Assembly: GCA_043825875.1 (NCBI GenBank)
Contig: JBDRRF010000051.1
Span: 105,892-169,891 of the forward strand
Reading direction: 5' to 3'
Source of the DNA: Pseudomonadota bacterium
GTDB taxonomy: Bacteria > Desulfobacterota > Desulfobacteria > Desulfobacterales > RPRI01
Length of the DNA stretch: 64,000 nucleotides
This document shows positions 56,823-64,000 of the stretch, one piece after another (positions within the stretch are counted from its first letter, which is position 1; each line of letters starts with the position of its first letter). Position numbers and translations under genes: made by a program. The notes below the pieces were generated by a model, which worked only from the letters and a program-made list of their open reading frames with translations, ran no database searches and had not been told where the DNA came from.

Positions 56823-58265
56823 ATGCCCTATAAAAATTTAAGAGAATTTATCGAAAAACTGGAAGCTTTGGGAGAATTGCATCGAATAAAAGCTGAAGTA
56901 GATCCTATTCTTGAAATTACAGAAATTACCGACCGGATTTCAAAATCAGACGGCCCTGCTCTTTTATTTGAAAAAGTAAGAGGGTTTTCATATCCTATTA
57001 TTATAAATGCATTCGGAAGCTATAAGCGCATGCAGCTTGCTCTTTCCTGTAATTCTTTTGATGAAATAGCCACCCGTCTTGAATCCAGTATAAAAATGCG
57101 CCCTCCCGAAGGAATAATGGGAAAAATAAAGATGCTTTTTGCCTTAAAAGAGATGGCAGGCCTTATTCCCAAAAAAGTCAAAAAAGCTCCATGTCAGGAA
57201 AAGGTTTTTACCGAGGGGGCCCTTTTGGATAAGCTTCCCATTATTCAGTGCTGGCCGGATGATGGCGGGCCTTTTATAACGCTTCCTATTGTAATAACAA
57301 AAGACCCTGAAACCGGAATTCAAAATGCAGGCATGTACCGCATGCAGAAATACGATAACACTTCAACAGGAATGCACTGGCAATATAATAAGGATGGAAC
57401 ACGTCATTTCGATAAATATAAAAATCTTAACCGCCGCATGGATGTAGCTGTTGCACTTGGCGGATCACCTTCTGTTACATATGCGGCAACTGCACCTCTT
57501 CCGCCCGATATTGACGAACTTGTTTTTGCGGGCTTCCTGGATTCAAAGCCTGTTGAAATTGTTAAAGCCAAAACCGTGGATCTGTATGTACCGGCAGAAT
57601 CGGATTTTGTGATTGAAGGCTATGTTGATCCAGCCGAAGAACGTATTGAAGGCCCTTTCGGGGATCATACAGGTTTTTACTCGGCAGCCGATATTTACCC
57701 GGTATTTCACATCACAGCTGTAACATGCAGAAACGATGCGATTTACCCTACAACAATTGTTGGAAAGCCCCCCATGGAAGACTGCTACATGGCAAAGGCA
57801 ACTGAAAGAATATTTCTTACCCTCTTAAAATTTGTATTCCCTGAAATTGTTGATATGGAACTTCCACTCGAAGGTGTATTTCATAACTGCGCTCTTGTTT
57901 CAATAGACAAGAAGCATCCAGGACAGGCAAAAAAAATAATAAGCGCCCTCTGGGGAATAGGGCAGATGTCGTCTACAAAATTTATTGCAGTTTTTGATAA
58001 AGACATTAATCTTCAGGATTCCAGCACTGTTGTTTGGAAACTTTTAAATAATGTTGATCCAAAAAGAGATTTGATCTTTTCTGAAGGACCGCTTGATGCT
58101 CTTGACCATTCAGCTCCTTTTGCCAATTTCGGCGGGAAAATGGGAATTGACGCCACAAGAAAAACCCGTGAAGAAGGCATGGGAAGAGATTGGCCTGAAG
58201 AAATAGTCATGTCTGAGGATATAAAAGAAAAAGTTACAAAACGCTGGAAAGAATATGGGTTTTAA
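56823..58265 (+). CDS. UbiD-family menaquinone biosynthesis decarboxylase (MqnL-like)
   Basis: GMYRMQ, EGPFGDHTGFY, VGKPPMED, GIDAT; mqn gene context. Confidence 0.9.
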   Translation: MPYKNLREFIEKLEALGELHRIKAEVDPILEITEITDRISKSDGPALLFEKVRGFSYPIIINAFGSYKRMQLALSCNSFDEIATRLESSIKMRPPEGIMGKIKMLFALKEMAGLIPKKVKKAPCQEKVFTEGALLDKLPIIQCWPDDGGPFITLPIVITKDPETGIQNAGMYRMQKYDNTSTGMHWQYNKDGTRHFDKYKNLNRRMDVAVALGGSPSVTYAATAPLPPDIDELVFAGFLDSKPVEIVKAKTVDLYVPAESDFVIEGYVDPAEERIEGPFGDHTGFYSAADIYPVFHITAVTCRNDAIYPTTIVGKPPMEDCYMAKATERIFLTLLKFVFPEIVDMELPLEGVFHNCALVSIDKKHPGQAKKIISALWGIGQMSSTKFIAVFDKDINLQDSSTVVWKLLNNVDPKRDLIFSEGPLDALDHSAPFANFGGKMGIDATRKTREEGMGRDWPEEIVMSEDIKEKVTKRWKEYGF

Positions 58266-59103
58266 AAAGTTTTCAAACCTTATAATGATCGAACAAACCC
58301 TTTTTGCTCTACCATTTGCATATATAGGCATTCTTTTTGCCGACGGGGTAAAAAGCAAAAGTTTTTCAACATGGATACTTGCAACAATAGCATTGATTGC
58401 CGCACGAACGGCAGGAATGTCATTTAACAGGGCAATAGATGCAAATATAGACGCAAAAAATCCACGGACAAAAGACCGTACCATACCAAAAGGGGAAGCA
58501 ACAAAAGCCGATGTCTGGCTTATCGGAGCAGTATCTTCTGTTGTTCTTATTGTTTCATCTTATTTTTTAAATTCTCTTTGCTTTTACCTGTCTTTTGTAG
58601 CGGTTTTTCTTTTATTCACATATTCATATTTTAAACGGTTTTCATCATCATCACATTTTTATTTAGGACTTGTTGAAGCAGCCGCACCAATAGGCGGTTA
58701 CCTTGCTGTAACCGGAAAATTTTCCATTGTTCCTTTCATACTTGGCGGCGCAATTCTTCTATGGATTGCCGGGCTTGATATTGTATATGCTCTTTTGGAC
58801 AAGGAATTTGATCGGAAAGAGAATCTTCATTCCCTTCCATCCGTCTATGGTAAAAAAAGAGCTCTTACAGCCTCAGCCGCTTGCTATATACTGTCATTTA
58901 CTGCAATGATTGCGGCAGGCATGATTACAGACAAAAGCATACCTTACTGGCTTGCAATAACTTGCATTGCTTTTGTTTTTATCTACCAGCAAGCTATTGC
59001 AAGAAGCCATGATTTGGAACAGGCTTTGAAAAAATTTTTTAAAATCAACATGTATGTTTCCCCATTTCTTTTGATTGGCACTTTCATAGATGGTTTTTTC
59101 TGA
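58255..59103 (+). CDS. UbiA-like prenyltransferase (MqnP-like)
   Basis: EQTLFALPF, NRAIDANIDAKNPRT, DIVYALLD. Confidence 0.9.
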   Translation: MGFKKFSNLIMIEQTLFALPFAYIGILFADGVKSKSFSTWILATIALIAARTAGMSFNRAIDANIDAKNPRTKDRTIPKGEATKADVWLIGAVSSVVLIVSSYFLNSLCFYLSFVAVFLLFTYSYFKRFSSSSHFYLGLVEAAAPIGGYLAVTGKFSIVPFILGGAILLWIAGLDIVYALLDKEFDRKENLHSLPSVYGKKRALTASAACYILSFTAMIAAGMITDKSIPYWLAITCIAFVFIYQQAIARSHDLEQALKKFFKINMYVSPFLLIGTFIDGFF

Positions 59104-59162
59104 TCTTTTTTTAAATTGGGCAACCCAATCAATCTTTAGACATATAACAGGATAAATATGCT

Positions 59163-60266
59163 TTGAAGCTTTTAAATTTCCCGGATACAGTTTTAAACAA
59201 GAGACTAAAAAAAATTGCAGTAAAAGTATTTGAAGAAATACCGGTTTCAAAAACAGACGCAAAATATATGCTGTCAACAAACGATATTCTTGATCTTGGC
59301 AAAATAAGCAATTTTTTACGCACAAAAATGCACGGCGATAAAGCATTTTATGGCGTTAATATGAATTTAAATTTTACGAACATATGTGAACTGCGCTGCC
59401 CGCTTTGCGCTTTTTCACGAGATGAGGGTGATAATGATGCCTACCTTCTTTCTCTTGATGAAATTGAAAAACGGGTTAAAAATGCCGTGTTATCAGGTAT
59501 TGATGAAGTTCACATTGTAGGGGGTCTGAACCCAAAACTTAAGATAGATTATTTTGAACAGATGCTTAGAAGAATAATAAATATCAAACCTGATATTTTT
59601 ATAGTCGCCTTTACTGCTGTTGAAATAGATTACTTTGCAAAAACAAATAAACTTTCAGCAAAAAACGTTTTGAAAAGACTTATTGATGTCGGAATAGGAG
59701 CTATGCCCGGCGGAGGCGCTGAAATTTTTTCGCCTCATATAAGAAATATAATAGCACCAAAAAAGATCTCTGGGACAAGATGGCTTCAGATTATGAAAAC
59801 AGCTCACGAGCTGGGTCTTAAAACCAATGCCACCATGCTTTATAACCATAAAGAAGAGATAAAAGACATAGTAGATCATCTATCAAGAATAAGAAATCTT
59901 CAGGATGAAACTTCAGGCTTTAAAACATTTGTTCCTCTATTATTTCATGAAAGCAATACCAAGATAAGTTCAAAACGCAAATCATCAACCGGATACGATG
60001 ATATCAGGATTTATGCAACCAGCCGGATATTTCTGCACAACATTATGCACTTAAAAGCTCTCTGGATGTATGTTGGGGATAAAATGGCCCAGGTGCTGCT
60101 GCGCTTCGGCGTAGATGATTTTGCCGCCACCTATTATGATGAAAAAGTCGTTCATGCAGCTGGAGCAAAAACGCCAGCATATGGTTCTGAACCGTTTTTA
60201 AGGCGCCTGATTGAAAACGCCGGCCTTAAACCTGTTCGTACAACAGCAAATTACTGGATAGAGTAA
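59163..60266 (+). CDS. mqnE: Aminofutalosine synthase-type radical SAM enzyme
   Basis: CELRCPLC, EVHIVGG, MPGGGAEIF, NATML, LQDET. Confidence 0.8.
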   Translation: MKLLNFPDTVLNKRLKKIAVKVFEEIPVSKTDAKYMLSTNDILDLGKISNFLRTKMHGDKAFYGVNMNLNFTNICELRCPLCAFSRDEGDNDAYLLSLDEIEKRVKNAVLSGIDEVHIVGGLNPKLKIDYFEQMLRRIINIKPDIFIVAFTAVEIDYFAKTNKLSAKNVLKRLIDVGIGAMPGGGAEIFSPHIRNIIAPKKISGTRWLQIMKTAHELGLKTNATMLYNHKEEIKDIVDHLSRIRNLQDETSGFKTFVPLLFHESNTKISSKRKSSTGYDDIRIYATSRIFLHNIMHLKALWMYVGDKMAQVLLRFGVDDFAATYYDEKVVHAAGAKTPAYGSEPFLRRLIENAGLKPVRTTANYWIE

Positions 60267-60281
60267 ATTCGGAGACGCCTT

Positions 60282-61091
60282 ATGAAAGTTGGCTATATTG
60301 ATTATTTGAACTGCTATCCTTTTTATTACCATATGTTTGAGAAAAAACCTTTAGCAGATATCAGTATTATTTCGGGGTTTCCTTCCGAGTTGAATAAAAT
60401 GATGCAAGACAAAGAGCTTGATTTAAGCCCCATATCTTCTGCAACTTATCCTTATATACAAGATGATGTTCTCCTTTTGCCCCAATTTTGCTTAAGTTCG
60501 GTAGGCTATGTAGGGTCGGTAATACTATACAGCAGATTCGGTATCGATCAATTAAACGGAAAAAAAATCGGACTATCAAATGCTTCCCATACATCCCGCG
60601 TGCTTCTTAAAATTCTTTTAAAGAGATTTTATAACTGCGAACCGGCGTACCTGCCAGCAGAACCATGCCCGGATTTAAAAGATTATGATGCGCTTCTTTG
60701 TATTGGAAATGATGCAATGACAAACAATATAGATGCATCAATTTTTAAATTTGATCTTGGAGAACTTTGGCTTCAGAAAACCGGTTATCCGGTAGTATTT
60801 GCTGTATTTGCGGTGAGCAAGCAAGTAATAAAAGAAAATATGGAACAATTTAATTCCGTTGTAGAATCATACAAATCATCAATCCGTTGCCTGTTTGAAG
60901 AAAAAGATGAGGTAGTAAATAAAGCCAGGCAAAAATACCCTAGCATATCTTATGATGTTGACAGCTATTATAAGACATTACAGTTTGAATTTAACGATAA
61001 TTTGAAAAATGCTTTATCATATTATTTAAAAACGGCGAATGAGCTGGGCTTGCTTGAAAAAGTTGAATCATTGAATTTTGCAGATGTGTGA
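60282..61091 (+). CDS. mqnA: Chorismate dehydratase
   Basis: GYIDYLNCYP, VGSVIL, SHTSRVL, IGNDA, DLGELW, VFAV. Confidence 0.9.
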   Translation: MKVGYIDYLNCYPFYYHMFEKKPLADISIISGFPSELNKMMQDKELDLSPISSATYPYIQDDVLLLPQFCLSSVGYVGSVILYSRFGIDQLNGKKIGLSNASHTSRVLLKILLKRFYNCEPAYLPAEPCPDLKDYDALLCIGNDAMTNNIDASIFKFDLGELWLQKTGYPVVFAVFAVSKQVIKENMEQFNSVVESYKSSIRCLFEEKDEVVNKARQKYPSISYDVDSYYKTLQFEFNDNLKNALSYYLKTANELGLLEKVESLNFADV

Positions 61092-61096
61092 TCAAA

Positions 61097-61126
61097 TATG
61101 AAGTTGAAATCATCGATTATCACTAA
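61097..61126 (+). pseudogene. higB: Last 9 codons of a higB toxin
   Basis: YEVEIIDYH* directly before higA. Confidence 0.75.
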
Positions 61127-61139
61127 AAAAGAACCTATT

Positions 61140-61436
61140 ATGATTAAGAATGGTTTACCTGCAATTCATCCGGGAGAATTCCTGGCTGAAATCATAGGAG
61201 AGTTAGAAATATCACAAGCCGAGTTAGCGCGCGCCATCGGGGTATCACCCATGCGGATTTCACATGTTATTAAGGGTGACCGCCCGGTGACAGCGGAGCT
61301 GGCTCTGCTGATCGGACGTGCGTTCAACCAGTCACCTCAATACTGGCTCAATCTTCAGACGTCTTACGATCTAAAAATTGCATAGACCGTCATCGGAAAT
61401 CACCTCAATAGCGTATATTCATTCGCGCACGTTTAA
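61140..61436 (+). pseudogene. higA: HigA antitoxin with a probable premature TAG at 61383-61385
   Basis: IHPGEFL, RISHVIKG, YWLNLQTSYDL; the frame continues TVIGNHLNSVYSFAHV* past the TAG. Confidence 0.75.
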
Positions 61437-61588
61437 TAACCCTTCGAGCAATACTTGCGAAAGTTCGAAACACTCCACTGCAAGCAAGGAGAAATCCTCG
61501 ATCGTAAGGTTTATGATCAATTCTATATTCGCTCGTTAATCCAGCCGTAACCATTTGAAAATTAATTTCCCGGTATATTTTCACTTAT

Positions 61589-61620
61589 TCCCCCTTAAAA
61601 AAGGGGGATCAAGGGGGTTG
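61589..61620. repeat. CCCCCTT/AAGGGGG REP-like fragment
   Basis: TCCCCCTTAAAAAAGGGGGATCAAGGGGG. Confidence 0.6.
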
Positions 61621-61638
61621 TAATGAAACTGTTGCACA

Positions 61639-61823
61639 CCACTTTCAAAACGTTTCAGTCTGCTCAAGTTCAAGGCGGGAGAAAATTTCAACCGCTGGAA
61701 TACATCAAGTATTTCGAGGATAGCGCTAAAGGTTAGCGCTTATGCTTCACTACGTGTCACTTCGTGCGAAATTTGAGCCCAACGCTTAAGATCGGCCAAA
61801 ATGGGACGTTTTGAAACTGGCTC
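61639..61823. mobile_element. MITE copy 3 with an internal ~45-bp insertion
   Basis: CCACTTTCAAAACG...TTTTGAAACTGGCTC; left end eroded. Confidence 0.85.
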
Positions 61824-61896
61824 ACAAGGTCAAATAATTTTTCACTATATATCAACTAAGCATTGTTAAAGCAAAAATATTTTTGGAAAGATCACC

Positions 61897-62880
61897 CTAT
61901 AAATCATCCAAAGGGCTTATCACGCCATGCCCGCCTTGCTGAAGAACATGAGTGTAAATCATAGTGGTGGAAATATCGTTGTGTCCCAAAAGTGCTTGTA
62001 TTGTTCGTATATCAGTACCCCTTTGTAACAAATGTGTTGCAAAGCTGTGTCGGAATGTATGTGCGCTAATGCGTTTGTTTATGTGTGCCTTTCGAACAGC
62101 CGATTTAATAGCTTTGTTAATTACGCTTGGATCAATATGGTGACGTCGTGTAACATCGCTGCGAGGATCAACGGATAAGGCATTTGCTGGAAAAACATAT
62201 TGCCACCCCCATTCGCGTGCTGCGTTGGGGTATTTGCGGCCAAGCGCATAAGGCATATAAACTTCGCCGTAACCTTTTGACAAATCATTTTCATGCAACG
62301 CTTTTACTTTGGAAAGGTGGTTTTGCAGAAAAGGAATGACCGATACCGGGAATGTCGTCACACGGTCTTTATTTCCTTTTCCGGAACGAACTATAATGGT
62401 TTTCATTTCCTGATCTATGTCCTTAACACGTAACCTGATAGCTTCTGAAATTCGTAACCCGCTTCCATATATAAGTTTTACAGCCAATTGGGGAGTACCT
62501 TCTATCAAAGATATGACCTTAGAGGTTTCTTCCCTGGTCATAACCTCTGGAATGTTTATTTTTTTGGAAGCGCGGATTGAATTGATCTCCTTTTCCAGAG
62601 GCTCTTTTAATACCTTTTTATATAAAAATACCAGCGCGTTCATTGCCTGGTTTTGTGTAGACTTAGATACATTTTTATTTACAGCAAGATCAGTTAGAAA
62701 TAATTCAATTTTATGCTCTCCTTCAACCAAATCTTCGCGTGATTTCATGTTATGAAACAACACATATCGTTTTATCCAGTCACAATAAGTTCTTTCTGTA
62801 TGAATCGAGTAGTGATGCAAACGCATAACATCCCGAACTTCATCCATTAGCTTGCTTTCTTTTTGTATTGACTTACTCAT
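61897..62880 (-). CDS. intI: Integron integrase
   Basis: [28 protein letters not shown], IntI-specific [33 protein letters not shown]...IYTHV. Confidence 0.97.
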   Translation of the reverse strand: MSKSIQKESKLMDEVRDVMRLHHYSIHTERTYCDWIKRYVLFHNMKSREDLVEGEHKIELFLTDLAVNKNVSKSTQNQAMNALVFLYKKVLKEPLEKEINSIRASKKINIPEVMTREETSKVISLIEGTPQLAVKLIYGSGLRISEAIRLRVKDIDQEMKTIIVRSGKGNKDRVTTFPVSVIPFLQNHLSKVKALHENDLSKGYGEVYMPYALGRKYPNAAREWGWQYVFPANALSVDPRSDVTRRHHIDPSVINKAIKSAVRKAHINKRISAHTFRHSFATHLLQRGTDIRTIQALLGHNDISTTMIYTHVLQQGGHGVISPLDDL

Positions 62881-62996
62881 AATAAAATGTTTTTATCTCA
62901 CATCTAATTCATAGATTTTAACTGTCCGATACTTATTTCTCGTTATTTAAAGTAATTTTATACCATATTTATTATTAATCAAGGCTGATATTGACA

Positions 62997-63071
62997 CAGG
63001 GCATATTTGCCCAAAAACCCCCTTAATATCATATTATCAGGGCAAATTGACCTGATAATCAATGGTTAGCA
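62997..63071 (+). mobile_element. attI region
   Basis: GTTAGCA core (63065-71) complements the cassette-1 R'' TGCTAAC; preceded by ATTATCAGG-N9-CCTGATAAT. Confidence 0.8.
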
Positions 63072-63091
63072 AGATAAGTGAGGCAGTCGAT

Positions 63092-63382
63092 ATGCAATGC
63101 AAAGATATTCCAGAAATTCCTATACTTCAGTTCTTAAAACAACATGAAGGACGATGGTGTACTTGGGGAGATGGATACTCTATGCCCACAGTACAAGATG
63201 TAATGCCGAACGGAATTCATGGTAAATTGCAGGTGGCGAAGATGAAAAGCTTAATACGTCGAGGATTGGTTGATGGATGCGATTGCGGATGCCGTGGAGA
63301 TTTTGAAATTACTCGTAAAGGGGTGGAATATCTTGCTAACAACGGTTTGCAAAAGACGCCAAAGGACGGCGGCGAAAATTAG
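63092..63382 (+). CDS. Cassette 1 hypothetical protein (wHTH-like, GCDCGCRGDF motif)
   Basis: GAGG RBS; the ORF reads into attC1. Confidence 0.75.
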   Translation: MQCKDIPEIPILQFLKQHEGRWCTWGDGYSMPTVQDVMPNGIHGKLQVAKMKSLIRRGLVDGCDCGCRGDFEITRKGVEYLANNGLQKTPKDGGEN

Positions 63383-63442
63383 TTGTTGAACGTCAGGCTT
63401 TGTTGCGCCGTCCTTTGGCGCTTCTGAAACCGGGCGTTAAAC
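63334..63442 (+). mobile_element. attC1
   Basis: TGCTAAC...CGGTTT[G]CAAAAG[A]CGCCAAAGGACGGCG / CGCCGTCCTTTGGCG CTTCTGAAACCG...GTTAAAC. Confidence 0.95.
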
Positions 63443-63452
63443 ATGAAATGAT

Positions 63453-63800
63453 ATGTATTACGGATACACAACATTAGCCACAAATTGGAATAAAAAGGAA
63501 ATGAATAATTGGAAGGTGCGCCTGATCAATGCACTTTTATTCTTTATCCCGCGCGCCAACCCCGATAATGAAAAACTCTATCCTCAAGTTGCAAAATGGC
63601 TGATCGAAATTGATGATAAAGCAATACCAAGCAGAGAAATAGGTTTAGACATAGACAACAATCCATTATTTGCCGCACCAGATGAAAGAAATTATGGCTT
63701 TTGGTCAGATACTTCAGAACCATTCAATAAAACTGATTTAGAGCCGGTCGATAAAGAATATTTCGAAGCAATGTGGTCACGAACAAACCTCAATGTTTAA
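63453..63800 (+). CDS. Cassette 2 hypothetical protein (start may be 63501)
   Basis: Bounded by GTTAAACA/TGTTTAAC; REIGLD...NYGFWSD. Confidence 0.75.
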   Translation: MYYGYTTLATNWNKKEMNNWKVRLINALLFFIPRANPDNEKLYPQVAKWLIEIDDKAIPSREIGLDIDNNPLFAAPDERNYGFWSDTSEPFNKTDLEPVDKEYFEAMWSRTNLNV

Positions 63801-63880
63801 CAAGCGGGTCGAGCAGACCGGAACTCGTCACGTTTTTAACTGCCATTTGGGTGGCCGGACTGCTCACCCTTACGTTAAGT
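63795..63880 (+). mobile_element. attC2
   Basis: GTTTAAC...GGGT[C]GAGCAGACCGG / CCGGACTGCTCACCC...GTTAAGT. Confidence 0.93.
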
Positions 63881-63893
63881 GTTATAAAATCAT

Positions 63894-64000
63894 ATGAAAA
63901 ATCGCATAATAAAGGATTTTGCAGTAACAAATACAATAGCGTTTTTGTTCTATTTGGCGTTTTATGTGTTTATAAATATTATAAGCGTGAAATCTAATTC
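63894..64000 (+). CDS. Cassette 3 membrane protein (runs off the window)
   Basis: MKNRIIKDFAVTNTIAFLFYLAFYVFINII... after attC2. Confidence 0.6.
   Translation, partial: MKNRIIKDFAVTNTIAFLFYLAFYVFINIISVKSN

Noticed and set aside
56823..58265. UbiD as an aromatic (de)carboxylase of the catabolic cluster
   Set aside because: It is divergently transcribed and overlaps an MqnP-like gene followed by mqnE and mqnA, so menaquinone biosynthesis explains it.
61383..61385. Pyrrolysine readthrough of the higA TAG
   Set aside because: No pyl genes are in the window and the locus is otherwise decayed; a nonsense mutation is simpler.
61450..61560. Possible IS200/IS605-derived miniature element
   Set aside because: The resemblance is from memory only; its hairpins are too eroded to support a call.
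63062..63091. attI-supplied ATG in frame with cassette 1
   Set aside because: It has no Shine-Dalgarno, the cassette has its own GAGG before ATG 63092, and being in frame is a one-in-three chance.

Overview
AT-rich bacterial chromosome segment, probably from an anaerobic Desulfobacterota-like organism. That assignment is inferred from selA, futalosine-pathway mqn genes and the thiolase-hbd-XRE-acyl-CoA dehydrogenase block. The window has five parts. (1) 1-8.7 kb: housekeeping and envelope genes (selA partial, rfbB, pyrF, ExeA-LysM-SPOR, AsmA), with a solitary integron cassette lodged just upstream of selA. (2) 8.7-14.8 kb: a decaying minus-strand integron-cassette array without an integrase, holding attC sites, TA modules and pseudogenes. 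(3) 15-31 kb: ExeA-TPR/LysM, lysC-tsaE-nnr, a short-chain acyl-CoA operon, MNT-HEPN and YeeE/CDF genes. (4) 32-56 kb: an 18-gene minus-strand anaerobic catabolic cluster behind a sigma54/IHF-type promoter. It encodes ETF, two FAD oxidoreductases with an Fe-S subunit, a B12 mutase with a rebuilt active site plus MeaB, a U32 pair, a GGR-like flavoprotein, a four-subunit class I aryl-CoA-reductase-like enzyme, an ATP-dependent hydantoinase/carboxylase, an amidohydrolase and a CoA ligase. This is the best candidate for an undescribed system, and its substrate is unknown. (5) 56.8-64 kb: mqn genes and a complete integron (intI, attI, at least 3 cassettes). MITE/REP-type repeats are scattered throughout. 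No CRISPR, rRNA or tRNA was recognised. All calls come from motif recognition by eye, with no database searches.
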